A stretch of 64,000 bases of DNA. It comes from Bacteroidales bacterium (GTDB taxonomy: Bacteria; Bacteroidota; Bacteroidia; Bacteroidales; JAADGE01). A program made the position numbers and the translations under genes. The notes beneath the pieces are model-generated. The model was not told the DNA's origin. It did not search any database and saw nothing but the letters and a program-made list of their open reading frames with translations. Numbering within the stretch: position 1 is the stretch's first letter; each line of letters starts with the position of its first letter. The stretch is from NCBI GenBank assembly GCA_021108035.1, contig JAIORQ010000100.1:20210-84209 (forward strand), given 5' to 3'. This document shows positions 9,086 to 18,881 of this stretch, piece after piece.

Positions 9086-12000
9086 TTGAAAAGAATCATC
9101 ATTATAATATTTGTTTTTTTTGTTGCTCAAGAATTAACAGCACAATCTTTAAGCAATAAGCAAGAAAAAGAAGTTGTTTTGATGAATGATTCAATCATTT
9201 TGGATACCTTAAGCATTGTTCCGGGTTCTGTTTCTGTTTCATTTAAAGGAAAAAAATTGCCGGAGAATCTATATAAAATTGATTATTCTAATGCATTATT
9301 TTTAATAAATAAACAAGAAGTTGAAAACTCAAAGTATTATATTGATACTCTGACATTTAACTACAGAACATTTCCAATAAGCTTTTCTCAAAAATATGTA
9401 CATAAAGACAGTAATATTGTATCTGACAATATAAAAAGAAAAGAAAATAAAAGGTATTCACCGATTGATAATACTGATAATTTTTTTTCGAATTCACAAC
9501 TTAATAAATCAGGAAGTATATCCCGCGGAATAACATTCGGCAACAATCAAGACGCGTCTGTTAATTCTGATTTTAATTTGCAACTAAGCGGAAATATAAG
9601 CCCTGAAATATCTGTTACTGCTAATATTTCAGACAATAATATTCCTGTACAAGCAGACGGAACATCGCAACATTTAAGAGAATTTGATAAGGTTTTTATT
9701 GAATTGAAATCAAAAAAAAGCAGATTGACAGTCGGTGATTTTGATATAAATAAACCGGAAGGTTACTTTATGAATTTACATAAAAAAGTAAAAGGAGCCG
9801 GATTTATGACATGTTATAATTTAAACAAAAATATAAATGTTACATCTGCTGTAAATGCAGCAGTTTCTAAAGGAAAATTCAAAAGGCAAAAAATTACCGG
9901 ACAAGAAGGAAATCAAGGACCGTATAAATTATCCGGAGCAAATAACGAATTATATGTTATCATTTTATCCGGAAGTGAAAAGATATTTATTAACGGGGAA
10001 TTACTTGTAAGAGGTAACGAAAATGATTATACAATTGATTATAATGCCGGCGAGCTTACATTTACAGCAAAAAGAACAATTACTAAAGACAGCAGAATTA
10101 TTGCAGAATTTGAATATTCTAATTTGAGTTATGCGAGATTTGCTTTAAGCTCTGAAAATGTAATAAAAACAAAAACATCAGAATTTTATATAAATTTATT
10201 TTCAGAGCATGATGCAAAAAATCAAAATATCACGCAAGAACTAAGTGATGAACAAAAAATTTTGCTAAACTCTGTAGGAGATGATATTCATAAAGCTGTT
10301 GTTGAAAACAGCGTTTTACTCGAATCATTCAATAGTGATGAAGTGCTATACAGAAAAACGGATACTATTGTTGATCTCTTATTGTTTGAGAGTGTTTATG
10401 TTTATACAAATGATTCTACAGTTAATGTTTACAGATTAGGGTTCTCATATGCAGGGGAAAATTCCGGCAATTATATTCGAATACAAAACGGAATAAACGG
10501 AAGGGTTTATCAATGGGTTGCACCTGAAAACGGTATAAAACAAGGTAACTACGAACCACTGAAATTATTAATCAGCCCCAAAAAGAAACAAATGATGAAT
10601 TTCGGCGGCAAAACCGAGTTAAAAAATAATACAAATCTTTTTTATGAAGCAGCTTTTACAAATAACGACCTCAATTTGTTTTCAGATAAAGACAATGAAG
10701 ATAATTTAGGATATGCTTTGAAATTAGGCATAGAGAAAAACTTATTAAAAAAAGATACAAGTAAAACGTATCTAAACTTCGGTTCTGAATATATGTTTAC
10801 GGATAAACATTTTGATGCATTAGAACCATATAAAAATACAGAATTTGAGAGAGATTGGAACTTAATTCAAACAAATGCGATTTTCAATGAACAATCTTTT
10901 AACCTGCATATGTATTTCTTTAAAAAGAACTTTGGAAAAATCGGAATAGGGACAGATATTCTTAAAAGAGACAATGATTATTTCGGAAATAAAAGCAATT
11001 TTATAATGTCTCTTAATAAGAAAAACTACTCCGCCGATATTCATTTTAATTATCTTAAAACGAACGATACTGTCAGTGTAAGTGAATTTATTCGTTATAA
11101 TGCAAAAATAGAAAGAAAATTACCTTTCTTGATTATAGGAATTGCTGATTCGGGAGAAAAAAACATACTTAATATTAAAGAAAATGACAGCATTTCATCC
11201 GGATCGTTCCGGTTTAATCAATGGGAAACTTTTGTGAAAACTCCGGATTCTAAAAAAAGATCATTTAAGGTAAGTTATATAAACAGAGAAGACTTTTTAC
11301 CAATTGGTGAAAATCTTAATTTTGTTTCAAATTCTCATAATTTTAATATCTCCGGGAAATTGATAAATACAAAAAGTCATAAACTTAACACTGACCTAAC
11401 ATACAGACAATTACATATTGCAGATACAAGCTTAACCGATGATATTTCTGAAAACACAACGGCTGCAAGGCTCCGGCATTCGATAAATGTTTTTAAAGGT
11501 TCAATTTCTACGACAAGTTTTATTGAACATGTTACAGGCAATGAGCTTGTAAGAGAATTTTCATACATTGAGGTTCAAGCAGGACAAGGTATTTTTGCAT
11601 GGAAAGATTTTAACGAAAATAATATTAAAGAACTTAATGAGTTTGTGAAAGCAAATTTTCAAGATGAAGCAAATTATATCAGAGTATCTCTTCCGGGTAA
11701 TGAATACAGAAAAGTTTACAGCCAAAATTTTTATCAAGTGCTTAATTTAATACCAAGAAGAATTTGGTTTAAAGAAAAAGGATTTAAAAAAGTTATCTCG
11801 ATGTTTTCGAATCGATTTTCATATAAACTGAACCGCAAACTGAATCATTCAGCAGATTATGTAAAAATTGAATTTCCTGATACAGTACTTTTGTCTTTAA
11901 ATTCAATTTTAAAAAACAATATTGGTTTTGAAATTTCAAAAACACATACAAAACTTAATTATACGGTAATATCAAACAAAAGCAGAATTCTTACGGTAAA

Positions 12001-12535
12001 CGGAATTGATACACGAACTAATTATTTTCATCACATTAATTTAAATCAGAATTTAAATCAGTTTATTTTTTCTGATTTTTTTAAGAAAGGGAATAAGACA
12101 TATAGTTCAGAATTCTTTACATACAGTAATTATAATATTGAATATTATGAGAATAAAGCTTCCCTCATATTTAAGGCAGACAAAAAGAATGACATAACAA
12201 CTAATTTTATTTTTAAAAAGAAGACAAATCTTACAGGCGAGGAATTTTTAATATCGTATAATGCAGGAGCAGAGTATAGGTTTATTTCCTTAAACCAAGG
12301 CAGTTTTACAGCAAAATTTGATTTTATAGATATTGAATTTGAAGGGGCTGCAAACACATCAATTTCCTATGAAATGCTTGAAGGATTGCAAAGCGGAAAA
12401 AACTATGTTTGGTCTGTATTATGGCATAAACAATTATCGGAATATCTTCAATTGGAACTGAATTATTCCGGCAGAAAATCTGAAAACAATAAAATAATTC
12501 ATACCGGAGGATTAAGTATAAGAGCAATTTTTTAG
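9086..12535 (+). CDS. Large uncharacterised outer-membrane protein, probable beta-barrel (TTG start)
   Basis: Signal peptide, 1149 aa, alternating beta-strand pattern, C-terminal GGLSIRAIF ending in Phe. Confidence 0.75.
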   Translation: MKRIIIIIFVFFVAQELTAQSLSNKQEKEVVLMNDSIILDTLSIVPGSVSVSFKGKKLPENLYKIDYSNALFLINKQEVENSKYYIDTLTFNYRTFPISFSQKYVHKDSNIVSDNIKRKENKRYSPIDNTDNFFSNSQLNKSGSISRGITFGNNQDASVNSDFNLQLSGNISPEISVTANISDNNIPVQADGTSQHLREFDKVFIELKSKKSRLTVGDFDINKPEGYFMNLHKKVKGAGFMTCYNLNKNINVTSAVNAAVSKGKFKRQKITGQEGNQGPYKLSGANNELYVIILSGSEKIFINGELLVRGNENDYTIDYNAGELTFTAKRTITKDSRIIAEFEYSNLSYARFALSSENVIKTKTSEFYINLFSEHDAKNQNITQELSDEQKILLNSVGDDIHKAVVENSVLLESFNSDEVLYRKTDTIVDLLLFESVYVYTNDSTVNVYRLGFSYAGENSGNYIRIQNGINGRVYQWVAPENGIKQGNYEPLKLLISPKKKQMMNFGGKTELKNNTNLFYEAAFTNNDLNLFSDKDNEDNLGYALKLGIEKNLLKKDTSKTYLNFGSEYMFTDKHFDALEPYKNTEFERDWNLIQTNAIFNEQSFNLHMYFFKKNFGKIGIGTDILKRDNDYFGNKSNFIMSLNKKNYSADIHFNYLKTNDTVSVSEFIRYNAKIERKLPFLIIGIADSGEKNILNIKENDSISSGSFRFNQWETFVKTPDSKKRSFKVSYINREDFLPIGENLNFVSNSHNFNISGKLINTKSHKLNTDLTYRQLHIADTSLTDDISENTTAARLRHSINVFKGSISTTSFIEHVTGNELVREFSYIEVQAGQGIFAWKDFNENNIKELNEFVKANFQDEANYIRVSLPGNEYRKVYSQNFYQVLNLIPRRIWFKEKGFKKVISMFSNRFSYKLNRKLNHSADYVKIEFPDTVLLSLNSILKNNIGFEISKTHTKLNYTVISNKSRILTVNGIDTRTNYFHHINLNQNLNQFIFSDFFKKGNKTYSSEFFTYSNYNIEYYENKASLIFKADKKNDITTNFIFKKKTNLTGEEFLISYNAGAEYRFISLNQGSFTAKFDFIDIEFEGAANTSISYEMLEGLQSGKNYVWSVLWHKQLSEYLQLELNYSGRKSENNKIIHTGGLSIRAIF

Positions 12536-12594
12536 ATTAAAAGATTATTTTTTAAAAACATAATTTATATTTGGGTTTTAAAAAAAAGAAAGGA

Positions 12595-13608
12595 ATGAAA
12601 CAAATTTTAATATTTTTCGCTTTATTCATTTTGTCGTATTCTTCTTATTCACAGAAGTATATAGCATTGAAAAACGAATCTCCAGAAATTAATACAAGAA
12701 AATTTTATATTGAAGATGTAATTGATAAAAGACGTAACAAAAAAAACGTTGGTGAAATATGGAACGGAACATTTAAAAAATCTGAAGAAATTGATATTGA
12801 AGGCGGACTTGTAAAAGCTGCAGAAGAATATTTCAGAAACAACTTTTTTAAAACATCAGATAATCAAATAAAAGTTGATGTACATATTAAATACCTGTTG
12901 GTGAAACAGGGTTTATCAAAAGAAAAAGAAAACGGAAGTGCACATATTGTTATTGAATTTATAGGAATAAACGGAATAAAATATGAAACAAGATCAGATA
13001 TTTATGATGAAGTTGATGATGCTTTTTCCACCCATGAAGCGAGAATAAGGAGAGGCTTTTATGAGTGTGCCGTTAAATTTAATAATGCTTTAAAAAAAGA
13101 AGAATACCAAGAAGAAAGAGAGGATATTACTGATAATGCTGTCGAAATTGTCTTTGATGATAACAAAGAAATTAATAACGATAACTATGTGATTTCCGAG
13201 AAAAAGAAAAATCCTGCAAATCGTAATATAATTGCTGTGGGATACCTGATAGGAGGAATGAACCTGATAGGAGTTGATTACGAAATAAGAATACATGATT
13301 ATATAGGTGTTCACATTGGAGCAGGATTTCTCGGATATACCGGAGGCATAAAAGTTCATACAAATAAAAAAAAGAACAGTATGTTTTTTAATATAAGTTG
13401 GAAAGATGCAGGTTTGGGTTTGGTAAACGGTTTTGGAATAGAAGCGGGAGGAAGATGGGTTTGGTTTAAGGCAAAAGATATCGGTTTGTTATATCAAGCC
13501 GGCTTTTTTGTGCTTAATAATATTGATACTGAATTTGAACGATTAATATACGATAATAACAATGCACCGCCTGTTTCTTTTTCTTTTGGAATAGGTTTGA
13601 GTTGGTAA
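12595..13608 (+). CDS. Hypothetical exported protein with a C-terminal barrel-like region
   Basis: Signal peptide from MKQILIFF (ATG 12595 preferred over 12571); ends SFSFGIGLSW. Confidence 0.7.
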   Translation: MKQILIFFALFILSYSSYSQKYIALKNESPEINTRKFYIEDVIDKRRNKKNVGEIWNGTFKKSEEIDIEGGLVKAAEEYFRNNFFKTSDNQIKVDVHIKYLLVKQGLSKEKENGSAHIVIEFIGINGIKYETRSDIYDEVDDAFSTHEARIRRGFYECAVKFNNALKKEEYQEEREDITDNAVEIVFDDNKEINNDNYVISEKKKNPANRNIIAVGYLIGGMNLIGVDYEIRIHDYIGVHIGAGFLGYTGGIKVHTNKKKNSMFFNISWKDAGLGLVNGFGIEAGGRWVWFKAKDIGLLYQAGFFVLNNIDTEFERLIYDNNNAPPVSFSFGIGLSW

Positions 13609-13654
13609 AATAATCGATTTAAGACCGTTTCAATTTTTTAAAACAAAAATTTTC

Positions 13655-13662
13655 TATATTTG
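13655..13662 (+). promoter_or_regulatory. -7 box (TATATTTG) for ompH
   Basis: TAnnTTTG match 32 bp before the ATG. Confidence 0.65.
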
Positions 13663-13693
13663 CAGAAATTTTAATTATAAAAACTTATTTAAT

Positions 13694-14194
13694 ATGAAAA
13701 AATTATCATTATTGTTTTTTGTTGTTTTATTTTCAGTTTTAACAATTAATGCACAGAAATTTAAATTCGGACATATAGACGGAAATGCTGTTTATAAAAA
13801 AATGCCGGAAGTTCAAAAAGCTGATACAATATATACGACATATGTAAAAGCATTAGAAGATCAAATAAAAGGCATGCAAGAAGAGTATAATGCGAAAGCT
13901 AAAGACTATCAAGATAATGAGGCAACTCTCAGTGAAATATTAAAAGAAACAAAAATTGACGAATTAAAATCATTGGGTGAGCGTATTCAAAAATTCCAAG
14001 TTTCAGCCCAAGAAGATGCTATTAAAAAGCAAAATGAAATTTATGAACCTATCAGAAAGAAATTTAATGATGCTTTAAAAAACGTTGCTGAAAAATACGG
14101 TTATAAATTTATTATTGATAAATATACACTGCTCTACTATGATGATGCTGATGATGTTACCAATCTTGTTGAAAAAGAGTTGGGTATTAACTAA
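13694..14194 (+). CDS. OmpH/Skp periplasmic chaperone
   Basis: Signal peptide, QKFGHID...MPE, long coiled coil, C-terminal GYKFIID...LLY.DDADDVT.LV.KELG. Confidence 0.92.
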   Translation: MKKLSLLFFVVLFSVLTINAQKFKFGHIDGNAVYKKMPEVQKADTIYTTYVKALEDQIKGMQEEYNAKAKDYQDNEATLSEILKETKIDELKSLGERIQKFQVSAQEDAIKKQNEIYEPIRKKFNDALKNVAEKYGYKFIIDKYTLLYYDDADDVTNLVEKELGIN

Positions 14195-14223
14195 ATAAAA
14201 AACGGACAATTTTAAAATATTTA

Positions 14224-14277
14224 AAAAACCGGAGATTTCTATTTTCTGAAGAAGAAGATGGTTTTCTTCGGTTTTGT
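14224..14277 (+). terminator. Possible long hairpin/terminator after ompH
   Basis: AAAACCGGAGA ... TCTTCGGTTTT pairing (with G-U), followed by T residues. Confidence 0.4.
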
Positions 14278-14354
14278 TTATCTTACAGCCTGAAAAAACA
14301 TACAGAACAATAATTAAATTGTTTTATTATTTTAGGTATATATTAAAAAGTATT

Positions 14355-14362
14355 TATATTTG
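14355..14362 (+). promoter_or_regulatory. -7 box (TATATTTG) for the lipoprotein/barrel pair
   Basis: TAnnTTTG match about 55 bp upstream of the ATG at 14417. Confidence 0.6.
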
Positions 14363-14416
14363 CAGTATCAAATTAACATTATTAACCATTAATTATTAAC
14401 TTTAAATCTAATTAAA

Positions 14417-14884
14417 ATGAAAAAAGTATTTATTTTATTATTTGTATTATTCGGCTTTACAGCTGTAACAGTTGTTAGTTGTAAAAAAGCAGAAGTTGCT
14501 TCTCCGGTAGTAGTAAAAACAGACCAAACAGCAACTATTAAAGGTAAAATGCAAGCTGATTTAAATTTGTTTACTTCAGGAATGGAAAATGCTCCTTCGG
14601 GAACAAAGGTTATCTTTCAAATTGAAAAAATTGATTTAAATTCACAAGCACCTGGTGGAGAATACTTACTTTATGAAACAACTCTTAACGGTTCCGGTGA
14701 ATATACTATTGATTTACCGACTAATGCTAACGGTGTGAGTGTAGCAATTATGCCTAATGACTTTGTTTATAACCAAGTTCAATGGGACGAAACTACCGAA
14801 AGAACAGTGTTCTCTGCCGGTCAACAAAATGTAACAATTGTCTATGGAGAGACAGAAATATTAGACTTTAATTATAGTTATTAA
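14417..14884 (+). CDS. Hypothetical lipoprotein, beta-rich
   Basis: Lipobox VVSC followed by KKAE; the mature part is predicted beta-rich (TATIKGK...GEYTIDLPT). Confidence 0.75.
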   Translation: MKKVFILLFVLFGFTAVTVVSCKKAEVASPVVVKTDQTATIKGKMQADLNLFTSGMENAPSGTKVIFQIEKIDLNSQAPGGEYLLYETTLNGSGEYTIDLPTNANGVSVAIMPNDFVYNQVQWDETTERTVFSAGQQNVTIVYGETEILDFNYSY

Positions 14885-14930
14885 TAGCTATTATCAGATT
14901 AATTGATTTTTTATTAAAAAAGTATAGACA

Positions 14931-15911
14931 ATGAAAAAAATAATAATAATATCATTCACATTAATTTTCTGTATCTTTATGGGTGCTAATGCACAGACAG
15001 ATACTGATACTGATACAGATACAGACACTGATATATATGATGATACAGAAACATATGATGATACAGAGGTGCTTGTAAATAAAAACGGTTTTCCTATATT
15101 ACCTCAAGAAGGAGATATAGCAATAGGAATATCACTGAATCCTATTTTTACATATATTGGCAATTCTTTTAACGGAAATGTCTTTAACAATGCTCCGGTT
15201 GCAGATTTTTTAAGTTATCCGGTCGGTATTAATAATTTATATATTAGCACACAAGCACCCACTTCAAGTCAAATATTTTTAAAATATTTTCTTGATGATA
15301 AAACTGCTGCGAGAATAAGTTTTGAATATACAGGGGTTAATTCATATAATAGTGTGTATGTTCAAGATGATGCTGCAATTTTAGATGATCCGTTAAGCAA
15401 TGCTAAAACAGAAGATATGCTTAATGTTAAAGGTTCTACATTTGTTATAGGTGCCGGTTATGAAATGAGAAGAGGAAATACAAGAGTACAAGGCTACATG
15501 GGAGGGAATCTTTATTTCTTAATGCAAAATTCTGATGTATTGTACAGTTACGGTAATCCAATGTCAGAATTAAACCCGGAACCAACTTCGACAGAATGGA
15601 ATTATTCAGGACAAATTAATATTCTGGCAGACGGAGGAAGAAAAACAACTCAATATAACGGTAAAACTATGGGATTCGGTCTTGGCGGCTTCATGGGAGT
15701 AGAATGTTTCCTTTTCCCGAAAGTTTCAATCGGTGCTGAACTGGGATACGGATATATGTATTTCCAACAAGGTCAAACCAGTTATGATTATGATATTTGG
15801 AATGTAAACGAAATAGAAAGTAAAACAGAAACACAAGGACCGGGTAATTCCGGACACGGATGGGGTACAGGTAATCCTTCTGCTAACTTCTTTTTAATGT
15901 TCCATTTCTAA
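14931..15911 (+). CDS. Outer-membrane beta-barrel protein with N-terminal Thr-Asp repeat
   Basis: Signal peptide, GVECFLFPKVSIGAELGYGY strand pattern, C-terminal FFLMFHF. Confidence 0.8.
   Translation: MKKIIIISFTLIFCIFMGANAQTDTDTDTDTDTDIYDDTETYDDTEVLVNKNGFPILPQEGDIAIGISLNPIFTYIGNSFNGNVFNNAPVADFLSYPVGINNLYISTQAPTSSQIFLKYFLDDKTAARISFEYTGVNSYNSVYVQDDAAILDDPLSNAKTEDMLNVKGSTFVIGAGYEMRRGNTRVQGYMGGNLYFLMQNSDVLYSYGNPMSELNPEPTSTEWNYSGQINILADGGRKTTQYNGKTMGFGLGGFMGVECFLFPKVSIGAELGYGYMYFQQGQTSYDYDIWNVNEIESKTETQGPGNSGHGWGTGNPSANFFLMFHF
14997..15068 (+). repeat. In-frame repeats: six ACWGAY hexamers (TD)6, then two 18-bp-period units (YDDTE)
   Basis: aca gat act gat act gat aca gat aca gac act gat, then tatgatgatacaga twice. 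Confidence 0.85.
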
Positions 15912-15931
15912 AAATATTTTTAAGCTATTAT

Positions 15932-15968
15932 AACTCCCAAGTTTGTTTACACATTTGGGAGTTTTTTT
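15932..15968 (+). terminator. Rho-independent terminator
   Basis: AACTCCCAA (15932-40) / TTGGGAGTT (15955-63) stem followed by a T run. Confidence 0.8.
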
Positions 15969-16064
15969 ATGGCCGGATTTCTGTTTTATTCGTGTTAATA
16001 AGATATTTATAAAGATTTCTATCAAACAAATTTGTATAATGACTAATATTTTATGAAAAATACC

Positions 16065-16072
16065 TAAATTTG
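16065..16072 (+). promoter_or_regulatory. -7 box (TAAATTTG)
   Basis: TAnnTTTG match 44 bp before the ATG at 16116. Confidence 0.5.
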
Positions 16073-16115
16073 ATAAATTATTGAATGCTGACAACTGATT
16101 TAATATAAGTTTTAC

Positions 16116-17408
16116 ATGAAAAAAACAATCATTCTTATTTTAGGACTTACTTTATTTACACATTTAAATGCTCAGCAAAGCACAACCGGAAAATACAGAC
16201 CTGAAAACATAAGCAAAGGCATAACAGGAGAAATAACAAGAAACCAAGTTATTGTTGATAATGTTCCGTCATATTTATGGCAACACGGTTGCGGACCGAC
16301 AGCATTAGGTATGGTAATCGGATATTATGATTTTATTGGTTTTTCTGATCTTATTCCGGGAGATGCTTCCGATCAAAGTGAAAATGTAAACAATGCAATA
16401 GCAAATTCTGATCATTATGATGATTATTCTGTTCCAATAGATTATTATCCTGATTTATTTGATGATAAGTCAGTATTTGGTGGAGCTCATACATCTGATT
16501 GTATAGCAGATTTTATGAAAACTTCTTGGTGCAGTGAAAGTAACAGATATGGTTGGAGTTGGAGTAACATGATTGATAATGCTTTTGAAGATTTCATTCA
16601 AATGCAAAACAACGGTTATTATTTAAACACATCTAATAATTGGTTTTCCGGAACAAGTTGGGATATTTATAAAAATGAAATTAATAATAACAGGCCGGTT
16701 GTTCTGTTAGTCGACTGTAATGGTGACGGTAATACAGATCATTTTGTAACAGGTATAGCTTATGATGATATTAACTTAATGTATGCAATTTATAACACAT
16801 GGGATAATAATATTCATTGGTATCTGTGGCGAGAAATGTCAAGTGATTACAGTTGGGGGGTTTATGGATTTAACATTTTGGAAATTAGTTTCAGCAATAC
16901 AGGCTATGATATTTTAGCAAGAGTAAATCCTGTAAACGGAGGAACAATAAACGGTACCGGAAGTTATAACTATGGAGAAACTGCAAACTTAACGGCAGTT
17001 CCGGATGATAACTTTGTTTTTATTGATTGGACGGAAAACGATTTGCAAGTTTCAACAGACCCGAATTATAGTTTTACCGTTACCTCAGACAGAAAACTTT
17101 GTGCAAATTTTAATCGTTCTGTATCAATAGATGCAAAAGAAAAGAATATTACATTTAATATTTATCCAAATCCGACAAAAGAATTAATAAACATTGAGAT
17201 TGGTAATGCTTACAATTATTGCAACGAAATTGAATTTGTTTTATATGATTATTCGGGCAAAGGGAATAAAATTGAGAATTACACACAGAATCAAAATACA
17301 ATAACGTTAAGCATTTCAGATAAAATTTCCGGAATTTATTATTTAAGAATAAGCATTAACGGAAAAGAATACGGAATAAAAAAAGTTGTGATAATTAAAA
17401 ACAATTAA
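16116..17408 (+). CDS. T9SS-secreted papain-like (C39/C10-like) cysteine peptidase with a repeat domain
   Basis: WQHGCGPTALGMVIGYYD (catalytic Cys), DHFVTGIAYD (His), YNTWD; GGTINGTGSYNYGETANLTAVP..F..WTE repeat; C-terminal IYPNPTKE...SGIYYLRI...KKVVI T9SS type A sorting domain. Confidence 0.8.
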   Translation: MKKTIILILGLTLFTHLNAQQSTTGKYRPENISKGITGEITRNQVIVDNVPSYLWQHGCGPTALGMVIGYYDFIGFSDLIPGDASDQSENVNNAIANSDHYDDYSVPIDYYPDLFDDKSVFGGAHTSDCIADFMKTSWCSESNRYGWSWSNMIDNAFEDFIQMQNNGYYLNTSNNWFSGTSWDIYKNEINNNRPVVLLVDCNGDGNTDHFVTGIAYDDINLMYAIYNTWDNNIHWYLWREMSSDYSWGVYGFNILEISFSNTGYDILARVNPVNGGTINGTGSYNYGETANLTAVPDDNFVFIDWTENDLQVSTDPNYSFTVTSDRKLCANFNRSVSIDAKEKNITFNIYPNPTKELINIEIGNAYNYCNEIEFVLYDYSGKGNKIENYTQNQNTITLSISDKISGIYYLRISINGKEYGIKKVVIIKNN

Positions 17409-17419
17409 AATATAAACAG

Positions 17420-18037
17420 ATGAAAAAAAATCTTATAACAACTATTTGGGTAACAGCAATTATATGGATTGTATTTATAATCCTTGGTCCAATATTCGGA
17501 TTATTTTCAGAGAATGAATTAAATGATTTTGGTATAAGACCCAGAACAACTAATGGGTTATTGGGGATTATATTTTCGCCCTTTTTGCATGCAGATTGGG
17601 GTCATTTGATCTCTAATACAATCCCATTATTTATTTTAACATTTGTTATTCTTCATTTTTACAGAAAACTTTGGATTCCTGTAACAATATTTTCAATAAT
17701 ACTTGGTGGTCTTTGCGTTTGGGCATTTGCTCCAAAAGATACGATTATGATAATAAACAATGTGAGTAAAGAGGTAGCACAAAATCATATTGGAGCAAGC
17801 GGTGTTATTTTTTCTTATATCGGGTTTATTCTGTTTAGCGGAATTTTCAGAAAAAGTTTTAAATCTATTATAATTGGCATACTTGTTTTTATTTTATATG
17901 GAGGAGCTCTATTCAAAGGAATTATTCCTGGTCAACCGGGTGTTTCATGGCAAGGCCATTTATTTGGTGCAATTGCAGGTGTTATTGCTGCTTATATATA
18001 CAGGAATAAATATAAGCAGGCTGATAAGATTAATTAA
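17420..18037 (+). CDS. Rhomboid-family intramembrane serine protease
   Basis: FLHADWGHLISN, HIGASGVIF (catalytic Ser), VSWQGHLFGAIAG (catalytic His). Confidence 0.94.
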   Translation: MKKNLITTIWVTAIIWIVFIILGPIFGLFSENELNDFGIRPRTTNGLLGIIFSPFLHADWGHLISNTIPLFILTFVILHFYRKLWIPVTIFSIILGGLCVWAFAPKDTIMIINNVSKEVAQNHIGASGVIFSYIGFILFSGIFRKSFKSIIIGILVFILYGGALFKGIIPGQPGVSWQGHLFGAIAGVIAAYIYRNKYKQADKIN

Positions 18038-18075
18038 CAGAGCTTGCTTTAAGTAATAAAGACAGGAAAAAAGAG

Positions 18076-18789
18076 TTAACGTAAGGTAATCATAAGGTTT
18101 TTATGTAATTCCTTAACGATCATTTTATGAAATCCGGGATATAAAAACTTGTCTCTGATTTTTGATTGACTTCTGTATATAGTATTGTGTTGTACTTTTG
18201 TATGTCCGTCTTCGGTTTTACTTAATATAATTCTTTGAGTACCTTCAGAAACTCCGTTATTTATATAACAAAATTGAATTGTTTTACTATCATCATCAAC
18301 TTTAGTAATCTCATAAGCAACAACAAGCCTTTTTAATCCGCCGAGAAGATCAAGATTTATGAAAAAAACCTGCCCTTCTCTCATTCCTTCATAATTATTA
18401 CTGTCAATATAAAATATTTTTTTTTTCTTTTTTGAATACATAAAACCGAGACTTACAATATGTCCGGAATAAATTTCAGGAAGACTAATGTTTTTATATG
18501 ATTTCCAAACTTTATTAATATCTTCTTTAAGATAATATGTTTCATATTGATAACTGTAACTTAAAGAGTCATTATCGTCAATACCGGTGGGATTTAATTC
18601 ATCAAAAGAATTAATGTTCAGCAAATATTTGTTTTTAATGAATTTCTTTTTCCTCTTTTGAAAAACATGATCTGTGTCAATTGTGTTTATGCATGATTGT
18701 GCAAAGCTTAACGGGCTGAATATAAAAATAATAACAAGAAGGCTTAAGAGTTTTTTCCAAATCCTTTCAGTTAGTGTTTCGATGTTCAT
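18076..18789 (-). CDS. Hypothetical exported protein, possible SRPBCC/START-like fold
   Basis: Hydrophobic N-terminus; 237-aa ORF with upstream TATTTTTG box (18818-18825). The fold guess rests on the alpha-beta-alpha pattern only. Confidence 0.65.
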   Translation of the reverse strand: MNIETLTERIWKKLLSLLVIIFIFSPLSFAQSCINTIDTDHVFQKRKKKFIKNKYLLNINSFDELNPTGIDDNDSLSYSYQYETYYLKEDINKVWKSYKNISLPEIYSGHIVSLGFMYSKKKKKIFYIDSNNYEGMREGQVFFINLDLLGGLKRLVVAYEITKVDDDSKTIQFCYINNGVSEGTQRIILSKTEDGHTKVQHNTIYRSQSKIRDKFLYPGFHKMIVKELHKNLMITLR

Positions 18790-18881
18790 AATATTACAAT
18801 AATTGTTTTCTTGGGAGCAAAAATAAAATAAAAAGTGTATTTATATCAAGAAATTTGACGAGTGAAATAAAGAAGTCTGAT

